Of a stretch of DNA of 60,274 bases, positions 1 to 9,412 are shown piece after piece. Source of the stretch: Mobula birostris (Eukaryota); the NCBI RefSeq assembly GCF_030028105.1, contig NC_092370.1, positions 68,001,638 through 68,061,911 on the forward strand. The letters are read 5' to 3'. The first letter of the stretch is position 1. The number at the start of each line of letters is the position of its first letter. The position numbers and the translations under genes are program-made. The notes beneath the pieces were generated by a model. The model made no database searches, was not told the origin of the DNA, and saw only the letters and a list, made by a program, of their open reading frames with translations.

Positions 1-26
1 CTAATCAAGCCCTTATTTGAACTTAC

Positions 27-142
27 CACTTTCTTTGCTTACAAAGGCCCCTTGTGGAGATTCAGGAATTCCTTTCCATATTGAAATAGATTTGGGATAA
101 CCACTGTCTACCACATGTGTTTCTTCATTATATCTCCAGTAC
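27..142 (-). CDS. MMP16: MMP16 (MT3-MMP) coding exon, hemopexin domain (human exon 9 equivalent, 116 bp)
   Basis: Minus strand reads AG|GTACTGG...GAAAGTG|GTAAGT and translates to (R)YWRYNEETHVVDSGYPKSISIWKGIPESPQGAFVSKES(G), matching the MT-MMP hemopexin repeat YWRY..E....D.GYPK.I..WKGIPESPQGAF. Phase fits the exon at 16219-16369. Confidence 0.95.
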
Positions 143-1404
143 CTATAAATGAAAATAAGACAAATAAATGTAAGCAGCATGAAAATCTAAGGCAGAACTT
201 AAATAGCTATCAAAGATTAGAAATTGAAAAATGGAAAAATCTGTATCCTTGAGGAGCATGGATTGAAAAATTAATATGAAGGATGAAATTTCCAGTATTC
301 CATTAAACAGGATGATCTTACACCTGAATAGCTCGGATTTGGTCTGCAATGTTGGATGTGACTTCAGGCCTCAGATAGGACCATCTTTCCTTATTTTATC
401 CTCATTAGTAGAATCTCCAATTCTTTTGCATATTCAAACATATATACTAGGTACATATTTTACCTGTACCATTGCAAACAGAGGATGTAGTTTATCAGCA
501 CTCTACTCTAAGTTAGAACTCTCCATGGCCCATGGGATAAATGGACATAGGATGTGTACAATTTTCTGATATTGGTTAGTGAATCACTCCAAGCATGCTG
601 CTGTATTTCTGATAATTATATCCCGCCAGAGGCATGAAATTATAAAAAAAAACACTCTTATACAGTCCACATTTTCTTTCTCTGCCCTTTAATGGTAGCT
701 TACAGGTCTAGAATAAGTATAGAGCTGCCAGCCACCTTTATTGAGATGCTTCCTGACAAATATTTGATGGATAAGCTTTTCATTTCATAGTAACACCAAC
801 AAAGGAGATCTTCAACTTTTAAAGTCAGCGGAAACCAACCACTGGGCTGTTAATACTAATGAATTTGGATTGTGAGTCAGCTTAGTCTAACCGTAGAAAA
901 TCAGAGCATGACTATCACCTCACTTCAATCTATTAACCTGTTATTTTATAACAAATGCTTTTAAAATATGTTTATTTAATCTTCAATTCTTTTACATTTC
1001 AAAATGAGACAAAAAGGATCGGTTAATCTTAATGTCTCATTGAAATTTCTCTACTTTGTGTAGTTTCATGCGGCATTATTTTGCTTTTTTATTATGTTTT
1101 ATGGTTATCTGAATATTTTCCTTTCTTTTTGTTGCCTATTTTTAATTTTTTGATTGCCTTTCTGCTTCCAGTAACTCATGTTGCAACAGTTTATTGCCGC
1201 CGTAACAAAAGAAAATTGTTTAGTACATCAAATCTACTCTAAAGTAAAACAGCTGTGTAACCGTATCATCAATCATTGTCATGTTGATGAAGGAAAAGGT
1301 AAGTATAAAGTCACAAGCATTTTGTGTCCTTTGGTAAACACAGGACTCAGGAATTTTGAATTACTGATTATTCAATCTGGAATAAATTAAAACTTTAGGC
1401 TTAA

Positions 1405-1757
1405 TAAGGGGCTGAGGAGTGCAAGAAGGGGGCATGAGAAGGCCTTGGCGAGTAGGGTAAAGGAAAACCCCAAGGCATTCTTCAATTATGTGAAGAACAA
1501 AAGGATGACAGGAGTGAAGGTAGGACCGATTAGAGATAAAGGTGGGAAGATGTGCCTGGAGGCTGTGGAAGTGAGCGAGGTCCTCAATGAATACTTCTCT
1601 TCAGTATTCACCAATGAGAGGGAACTTGTTCTTGATTAGTCAGGGTGTGAACGGTTACAGGAAGAAGGCAGAAGAATGGGGTTGAGAGGGAGAATGGATC
1701 AGGCATGATGAAACTGATGGGGTGAATGGCCGAATTCTGCTCCTATCTCTTCTGGTC
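1405..1757 (+). mobile_element. CR1-clade LINE fragments (ORF2 linker piece joined to a CR1 3' end)
   Basis: ORF 1445-1639 has KENPKAFFNYVK...LNEYFSSVFT, typical of CR1 ORF2. It is followed abruptly by a CR1 3' UTR ending in aattctgctcctat. Confidence 0.85.
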
Positions 1758-2254
1758 ATGTTTTCATTCGTCAATTAAGCTTAAAAACATGAACTAAACA
1801 GAAATGGAAAAGGATACAGTGAGTTTCTTATTTGCACTGATTTTGTCCATTAACTTGCAACTGAGAATTATTTCAACAGATTTGTTTCCAGTAGCAAATC
1901 AATTTTACAATGAGTGTCAAAGACTTATGTTGAATTTACCAGAACATGCATTTTATAGTTAATAACTTTAGACCAACAGAAACCAAAATTACTTCAAATG
2001 CTTTGATCAAACAATTTGATTTTTATGTGCAGTTCTGCTCTATCTGATTGTAGAATGAATAACATTAAAATGAATAATCATGCAATCATTATAGTAGAGA
2101 AATAGGTAATTTCTGTAAATTCAATTGTACCCTTTAGTTTCTTTCCCATGCCCATTGCCTTGGGAGGTGAAGAAGAACAACCTAAATTGATTCTATTGTC
2201 TGGAACCTGGAGTGGGCTGTCTCTCCATTCTATTATTTGCTTCTAACTTACAAT

Positions 2255-2410
2255 ATCTTTGGATTTCCAGCATTTCCTAATTCTGATGAAAAGTCATTGA
2301 CTTGAAAAACTAGCAACGTTTTTCTCCCTCCACAGATGCTGCTTGACTTAATTAATATTTCTAAGATTTTCTCTTTTACTTAGGATTTCCAGCACCTTCA
2401 TTTCTTTTCA
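2255..2410 (+). mobile_element. Degenerate Penelope-derived terminal fragment with decayed hammerhead core
   Basis: CTGATGA-AAAGTCATTGACTT-GAAA at 2283-2307, followed by cacagatgctgcttgac, similar to the Penelope terminus at about 21410-21508. Confidence 0.6.
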
Positions 2411-2532
2411 GGATCACGGTAGTGAAAAATTCACTTGGCTGCTTTGAGACTGACTGTTAATGGCATTGTTGATTCAGATGGCTGTGTTGTCATCTCATTC
2501 CAGATACTTTCAACCAAGTAAGTAGACTGAAA

Positions 2533-3086
2533 ATGTCAGTGGTTGGAAAGATGTTGGAGTCAACTGTTAAGGATGAGGTTATGGTGTACTTGGTGACACA
2601 GGACAAGAAAGGACAAAGTCAGCATGGTTTCCTTAAGGGAAAATCTTGCCTGACAAACCTAATGGAATTCTTTGGGGAGATTACAAGTAGGATAGATAAA
2701 AGGGACTCAGTGGATGTTGTATATTTAGACTTTCAGAAGGCCTTTGTCAAGGTGCCACACATGAGGCTGCTTATCAAGTTAAAAGCCTATGGCATTACAG
2801 GAAAGTTACTAAGATGGTTAGATCATTGGCTGATTGGAAGGAAGCAGCAAATGGGAATGAAAAGATCCTTTGTGGTATTTATACCACAGGCAACTATGGA
2901 GGCCAGGTCGCTGGGTGTATTTAAGGCAGAACTTGATAGGTTCTTGATTGGACGTGGCATCAAAGGTTCAGGGGAGAAGGCTGGGGAGTGGGGTTGAGGA
3001 GAAGACAAAAGGATCAGCCATGATTGAATGGTGGAGCAGACTTGATGGGTCAAATGGCCTAATTCTGCTCCTATGTCTTATGGTCT
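2533..3086 (+). mobile_element. CR1 LINE, internally deleted RT fragment plus 3' end
   Basis: ORF 2533-2997 contains QHGFLKGKSCLTNL and VDVVYLDFQKAF; the 3' tail ends ctatgtcttatggtct. Confidence 0.9.
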
Positions 3087-3221
3087 AAAACTGAGGGACA
3101 TCTGCATCATTGAGATGATACATTAACACTCTATTTGTTGTGGCTGGATGTTAATTATCCCTTGGCAGATTTGTAAAGAGGAAGGGAGACATTCCTTGTG
3201 TCCTGGTTCATCCGTTATTTC

Positions 3222-4512
3222 AGTTCAAAGTTCAAAGTAAATTTATCATCGAAGTGCAAATAAGTCATCATATACAACCCTGCGATTACCTTTTCTTATG
3301 GTCAATCACAGTAAATACAAGAAACACAATAGAATCAATGAAAGGCAACATCCAACAGGGCGGCCAACAACAAATGTTTAAAAAGACACGACTATGCAAA
3401 TACAAAACTAAAGAGAAAAAAGAAATAATAATAATAAATATGCAATAAATATTGAGAAAATGAGATGAAGGTCATCTTCTGGCAAGATGGCGCCAGTGAC
3501 CAATGGTGACACCTTGTAGGCAGCTTACAAAACTACTAGATATTCTTCTTCTAAATATACTTCTGAACTGCAACGATTGCAAACTGTTATTTTCCTTTTA
3601 AGGGTGTATTTTTGACTTGACTAAATGATCTGGTACTTCTGCAATCTCCTATGGGATTCAGCATGGATGAGAGACGAGAATCAATTCCCAATGGTGGAAA
3701 ATAAACCCATGGTTGGCTCCAATACTCTGTGCCAATTAAATTGTTGAGGAAAATTTACGTCATTGAGGACGAGCAGAAAATGAACAGGTGTTCAGTGTCG
3801 TCTGCCTGCACTTTACTGTTCTCCCTCCCTCCTCACTGCTGCTGGTGGGCAAAAGGTACAGGAGTCTCGCGTCCCATGTCACCGGGTTCAGCAGCAGCTG
3901 CTGCCCTGCAAACACCAGGCTTCTGGATGGGCTCCACTCAGCTAACACTGAATGCATGCTGCAGCTGTGGACTCACTTTTGAGGACCCTGCAGTTCATGT
4001 TCCTTGCATTTTTGTTTACTTCTTTTTTTTCGCTATTTGCATGATTTGATCAAGGTGCTTCAGTGCTGAACTAACTCTACACCTCTGGCTGCATTCATCG
4101 GCACAGCGCTGAAGACTTACTTTTGGGGACTCTAAGTTTAATGTTATTTGTTCAATTATTATTGTTTGCATTATTTGTTCTTCTTCACAGAATGGGTGTT
4201 TGGTGGTCTTGCTGTGTGGATTTTTTCCTTTAAGTGGGTTCTGTTGTGTTTCTTTGTTTTGTGGCTGCCTGCAAGAAGACTAATCTCAAGGTTGCGTACT
4301 GTGCACGTACTTAAATGATAATCAATGTGCTGAGTGAGTCCATGAAAGTGAGTCCACTTCAGTGGGAACATCTCAATGACGGGGTAAGTGAAGTTAACCC
4401 CTCTGGTTCAAGAGTCTGATGGTTGAGGAGTAATAACTGTTCCTGAACCTGGTGGCATGGGTTTTGAGGCTCCTGTACCTTCTTCCTGATGGTAGCAGTG
4501 AGAAGAGAGTAC
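3222..4512 (-). mobile_element. Rex1/Babar LINE 3' end, split by a nested insert at about 3471-4332
   Basis: Starts with the reverse tail ttcaaagttcaaagtaaattt. The sequence breaks at tgagatgaag (3470) and resumes at gagtccatgaaagtgagtcc (about 4336); the same stretch is contiguous in the copy at about 36305-36330. Confidence 0.75.
3471..4332 (+). mobile_element. Non-coding non-autonomous retroposon with a Rex1-like 3' tail
   Basis: 5' end TTCTGGCAAGATGGCG. The 3' end gcctgcaagaagactaatctcaaggttg resembles the Rex1 3' UTRs at about 14670 and 49550. Confidence 0.55.
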
Positions 4513-4575
4513 ATCAGTTTTAAGACAAAGTTCCTCTCCTGGGGGCTCCCAATTCAAAGAGAGTTGAGTATATCT

Positions 4576-5432
4576 TGTTACGTACCCCGTAACTGGGTTG
4601 CCAAACCAGCAGAAATGGATCACTCAGTTGGAGTCTGGATTACTAGAACTAAGAAAGTTTTATTAAAGAAACAAGCAACACAGTACTCTAATCAAAAGGA
4701 TAATAAATGCAACAGTTCAGCAATGATAAACACACATGTACACAGAATTAAGATAACAGGATCAATCAAGCTCTATCGTTGTCTAGGGGTAAATGACCAG
4801 TTTCAAAGTGCGCAAGTTCAGTTCAGTTTAGTTCAGTTCGCAGACAGTGGGGGGAAGGAGAGAGAGAGCAAAACGAATGAATATTCAAACGGCTTCCACA
4901 CACAGACCTTCGCAGTCAGCTTTCGTTCGAGCCCTTTGTGATGTCATCTGAGGTCACCGACCGTGACCCCTCCATTTCCAGATATGATCGTTTCTCTGCG
5001 GTGAACCCAGCACCCAGGCAAGGGTGGACACACACCAGGTTCCTTTCCACCCTGTGCGTCTATGGCTTGTCCCGCGACCAGCCGTCCAAAAAAACTTCCC
5101 ACCGACTTGTGGGAGACGCACCGCTTCCAGGGTCTCGTTACCTCGGGGTGTCGTGTGTGTCTTGCCTTAGCGAACCTGTCCCTTTTTATCCCCCTGCTGG
5201 GGTATCGCCTGTCCATCACTTCAAACAGTTCAGGGTTCAAAGGGGGAGCCGATCTTGACAGCTCTCCTTCCGTTACTCTCTCCCGTCCCTTCATTAACAT
5301 CTCCAAATGCTGCTCCATTGTTTTCCTTATCTCTCTCTCTCTCTCCTGAAGACAGGTGGCAGACCAACTGCTGATCCCACTGGTGCCAGCACAGGCCAGC
5401 TAACATCTTAATCTATGTGTATTCTCGTCACA
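4576..5432 (-). repeat. 3' LTR (857 bp)
   Basis: Direct repeat of 8546-9412 with roughly 20 substitutions and a few indels by manual comparison. Minus-strand GATAAAAA TATA-like box at 5183-5190 and AATAAA at 4659-4664. Confidence 0.95.
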
Positions 5433-5444
5433 CTTCCCCCCTTT
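5433..5444 (-). promoter_or_regulatory. Polypurine tract
   Basis: Minus strand AAAGGGGGGAAG directly abuts the TG of the 3' LTR. Confidence 0.9.
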
Positions 5445-5549
5445 AAGGATTTTTACCGGGGTAAAAATTACAAACATAAATACATTATTTGATACACACA
5501 AATACACATCTTTATCAGCTATTTGGCTAATACAGCGAATTTGAAGTTG

Positions 5550-7130
5550 TCAACACCTGACAGACAGTCAGCCATCACATTTTCTGTTCCTTTTATATGT
5601 GTTATTAATAATCCCTTAGACCAGGCTCCAACTTAGCAAACTTCATAGTGGCCAAAAACACTGATGAATTGCGATCAATGTAACCTCTCATTGGGTTTCA
5701 TCCCGGACCACAATAACAAGGGTTGTCCCATTCCGACTTAGTTTTCTCTCACAAGGGCTTAGTAGGAGGGGGAGGGGTAGTAACCGCAGAGTTATTGCAA
5801 AACTTCCTACAGTACCCCACCATCTCCAAGAGCCTTCTGAGGGCCCTCTTGACTGTCGGGGTTGGGATGTCAGAGATAGCCCGCACTGTAGCTTGCATCG
5901 CTGCCAGCTGCCCCTGTGTCACCACAATTCCCAGGTAAGTGACCTTCGTGTGGCTGAACTCATTTTTTCCAAGGTTCAATATCAAGCTGGCTTCAGACAG
6001 CCGTATTACATCGCCAATACACACCTCTGTGTTCGTCAGCCCTTTAGTCACTGAATTACTCATTCTATAGGCATGTTGCTGGCTAGGCTGACCTAGTAAA
6101 ACAAACACCACCCAACGTCCCAGTTCTTTGCATTGCCTCGGGACAATCAAACACACGTGTGCGAGTCGTTTAAATACTTCTCCTAAAGAGTCGCTTTGTT
6201 CGGGGATTAAGGGAGAGACCTTATCAGCAGAGCTGGCCAGGACAATAGCCTTCTCCCGTCTGGTCGATACCATACTCATCTTTTCAAAATGGTTTTTTTC
6301 TCTTATTGGGGGACCCTAGCTTCATTGATTTCCACGCTAACACCGACTAGGTTTGTTAGCATATCAAAAGCCTGTGACCGTCTCATTTCGCGTCGGCCAT
6401 AATCAATAACATCCTTCCTCCGGTGCAGCCGGTAAACCTCTTTCATAATTCCACCAACTGTTTCCTCCAGCACCGCAAGATGTCCACCGGGGGGTACCTT
6501 GTGGGCCAGGTTAAAAATCTCATCCCCATAATTCTTTTGTTCCACCCCCCATTCCTCATCTGCGGGTACGGTACTTGGTTTCCCTTTCTTCCTTAGCACT
6601 TCCTCCTCCACCAAAACCATCAGCCCCTCGTTTTGCTCCTGCGCCTGCACAAATTCTTTCCTGGCTAATGCTAAGTCTGTCTCAGCTCCCTCACTACCTC
6701 TTGTTTCACTACACTCCTTCTTTTCACTTTCTACCCCCTTCTCGTACAAGGCTGGCAGAAACATCTCAGCTAAATTTACTACCACAGTCCCGTGATGAAC
6801 CTGTGAGTCCATGGGCGGGGCCTCAATGCTGGCAGGCTGACCTGTCAATCTCAGTGCTGGGAACACGATTCCCCCGGCGAGGTCATTACTGAGCAAGACT
6901 TCCACGCCTTTCATCGGTAATTCGGGCCTCACCCCGATCGTGACTAGTCCAGAGACCAGGTTGCTTTGTAAGTGTATCTGGTGCAAAGGCACGGCTTCCG
7001 TCCCTTTTCCAATGCCTTTGACCTTGACCTCCCCAGTCTGGGTCTCTGAGCTAAACTCTAATACACTCTTCAGTATCAGTGACTGACACGTCCCGTGTCT
7101 CTCCAGATCCGCACTGGAACTGGTTTTAAC
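5550..7130 (-). pseudogene. Collapsed pol relic, order PR - IN zinc-binding region - RT - RNase H
   Basis: VRIWRDTG (protease); AHKVPPGGHL...VYRLHRRKDVIDY (integrase N-terminal relic); VCIGDVI...LNLGKNEF...VTYLG...LEMVGYCRKF (RT, YxDD lost); HIKGTENVMADCLS (RNase H C-terminus, about 5556-5600). Confidence 0.85.
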
Positions 7131-7249
7131 CCCTCCTTCACTGACACCAATCCGGCCGAGATAAACTTCTCGCGCCCTTCCTGAACTTTGGCAGACCTGT
7201 CCTCTCCTAGCGGTTCGTTTACCAGCTCGATACAGCCCGTCAAAATCGC

Positions 7250-8072
7250 CGTTTTTCCTTTTCCCGTCTCCTTCTTTGGGGCAAAGCACCTGGACGCAAA
7301 GTGTCCGACTTTCCCGCAATTATAACAGACGATCCCAGGAGACTTCCTACCAGACTGCTCCCGGTCTACCTTATCCTTCTCACTAGTCCCCGGCTTACTT
7401 TCTGACTTTTCTGGCGGACTCTCCCCGCCGTCCTGACTACCCTTCTGGTAGCCTTTACTCGGGGCAAACTTCATTTTATGCATCAACGCATACTCATCCG
7501 CTAACTTAGCAGTTGCGGCTTACGTGGCTGCCTCTTTCTCATCTTGGTAGGGTCTCATACCCTCAGGGACACAACCTTTAAACTGCTCAATCAGGATCAG
7601 CTGTAGCAGTCTGTCATAAATCCCCTCTACCCCCTTACCAATGCTCACAATATGTCTGCATCTCACGGGCAAACTCTAAACACGTGCGGTCCCACTGCTT
7701 CCTCGCATTCCGGAACCTCTGCCGGTATGCCTCCGGGACCAACTCATAAATCCTGAGGATGGCCTCTTTCACCACCTCATACCTCTGGGCATCTTCCGCG
7801 GATAAAGCTGAGTAAGCTTGTTGGGCTTTCCCTTTCAGTACACTCTGAAGCAAAACAGCCCACTTATCCCTCGGCCAGTCCTGACTGGTAGCAACTTTTT
7901 CAAGATGGAGAAAGTACCGATCCACATCGGTATCGTCAAATGGGGGAACCAGCCTAACCTCCTGGGTTGCCCGGAACCCTCCACCTTGGTTCGGCACGGG
8001 CCCCTGCTCTGCCCTTATCTTTAACTTCTGTAGCTCGAATTCCCTTTCCCTCTGTTTCTCCTCTCGCTCCAA

Positions 8073-8107
<35 letters not shown>

Positions 8108-8446
8108 CTCCCTTTCTAACTCTCTCTCTTTCTCCAGCCTTTCTAATTGCTTCTCTTCGTGTTCTAACTGCCGTACCCGGAACTTGTGCTCGAGTCTCAG
8201 TTTTTCAAGCTGCACCTGTACCGCGTCTCCAGCAGGTTTTTCAATAGACACCACCTCCAGCTCGCCTGGGGGAAACACACCTTTAGATACATAGTGCTCT
8301 ACGATAGCTCTGTGTATCTCCTCTCTCCTCATTGTCGACTTCCCCTTAGCAAGATTCAACCGTCTGGCCACAGCTACCAATTCCGATTTCCTGGCATCCT
8401 CTAATGCCTCCAAGGTCGGCGCCTTTATAAATTCCTCAGCCTCCAT
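7250..8446 (-). pseudogene. Disrupted gag with coiled-coil, capsid/SCAN-like region and zinc knuckle
   Basis: ORFs 8021-8446, 7635-8072 and 7076-7486. Motifs VPPFDDTDVDRYFLHLEK, YELVPEAYRQRFR, LLQLILIEQFKGCVPE...AKLADEY (SCAN-like, with an in-frame TAA) and CYNCGKVGHFASRC. Confidence 0.88.
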
Positions 8447-8522
8447 TTATGCTGCTTGTCCTTTCTTTCTTTTGGGAATTTTGACCCAATCAATTTACTC
8501 TGTCCCAAATTTAGCGTTCAAA

Positions 8523-8541
8523 ATCGCGGACGAGAACCCCA
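8523..8541 (-). promoter_or_regulatory. Primer-binding site, tRNA-Pro-like
   Basis: Minus strand TGGGGTTCTCGTCCGCGAT, 4 nt after the 5' LTR, compared with the canonical Pro PBS TGGGGGCTCGTCCGGGAT. Confidence 0.8.
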
Positions 8542-8545
8542 CTTA

Positions 8546-9412
8546 TGTTACGTACCCCGTAACTGGGTTGCCAAACCAGTAGAAATGGATCACTCAGTTG
8601 GAGTCTGGATTACTAGAACTAAGAAAGTTTTATTAAAGATACAAGCAACACAGTACTCTAATCAAAAGGATAATAAATGCAACAGTTCAGCAATGATAAA
8701 CACACATGTACACAGAATTAAGATATCAGGATCAATCAAGCTCTATCGTTGTCTAGGGGTAAATGTCCAGTTTCAAAGTGACGCAAAGTTCAGTTCAATT
8801 TAGTTCAGTTCAGTTCGCAGACAGTGGGGGGAAGGAGAGAGAGAGCAAAACGAATGAATATTCAAACGGCTTCCACACACAGACCTTCGCAGTCAGCTTT
8901 CGTGCGAGCCCTTTGTGATGTCATCTGAGGTCACCGACCGTGACCCCTCCGTTTCCAGATACGATCGTTTCTCTGCGGTGAACCCAGCGCCCAGGCAAGG
9001 GCGGACACACACCAGGATCCCGCCGATCGTGCCTTTCCACCCTGTGCGTCTATGGCTTGTCCCGCGACCAGCCGTCCAAAAAAACTTCCCACCGACTTGT
9101 GGGAGATGCACCGTTTCCAGGGTCTTGTTACCTTGGGGTGTCGTGTATGTCTTGCCTTAGCGAACCTGCCCCTTTTTATCTCCCTGCTGGGGTATCGCCT
9201 GTCCAAACAGTTCAGGGTTCAAAGGGGGAGCCGATCTTGACAGCTCTCCTTCCGTTACTCTCTCCCGTCCCTTCATTAACATCTCCAAATGCTGCTCCAT
9301 TGTTTTCCTTATCTCTCTCTCTCTCCTGAAGACAGGTGGCAGACCAACTGCTGATCCCACTGGTGCCAGCACAGGACAGCTAACATCTTAATCTATGTGT
9401 ATTCTTGTCACA
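8546..9412 (-). repeat. 5' LTR (867 bp)
   Basis: Direct repeat of 4576-5432; adjacent to the PBS; minus-strand AATAAA at 8629-8634. Confidence 0.95.

Larger units (their letters stand above)
4576..9412 (-). mobile_element. Gypsy (Gmr1-like) LTR retrotransposon, non-autonomous and internally deleted
   Basis: Two TG...CA LTRs, 4-bp TSD ATCT (4572-4575 and 9413-9416), PBS, PPT, gag with CX2CX4HX4C, protease DTG, then IN, RT and RNase H relics. Confidence 0.95.

Noticed and set aside
4489-5349. ORFs in the LTR, repeated at 8456-9372
   Set aside because: They are duplicated only because the LTRs are duplicated, the frames differ between the LTRs through indels, and there is no recognisable domain.
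4576-9412. Endogenous retrovirus, suggested by the MLV-like Pro PBS
   Set aside because: No env; the gag and RT motifs and the IN-before-RT order are Gmr1/Gypsy-like.
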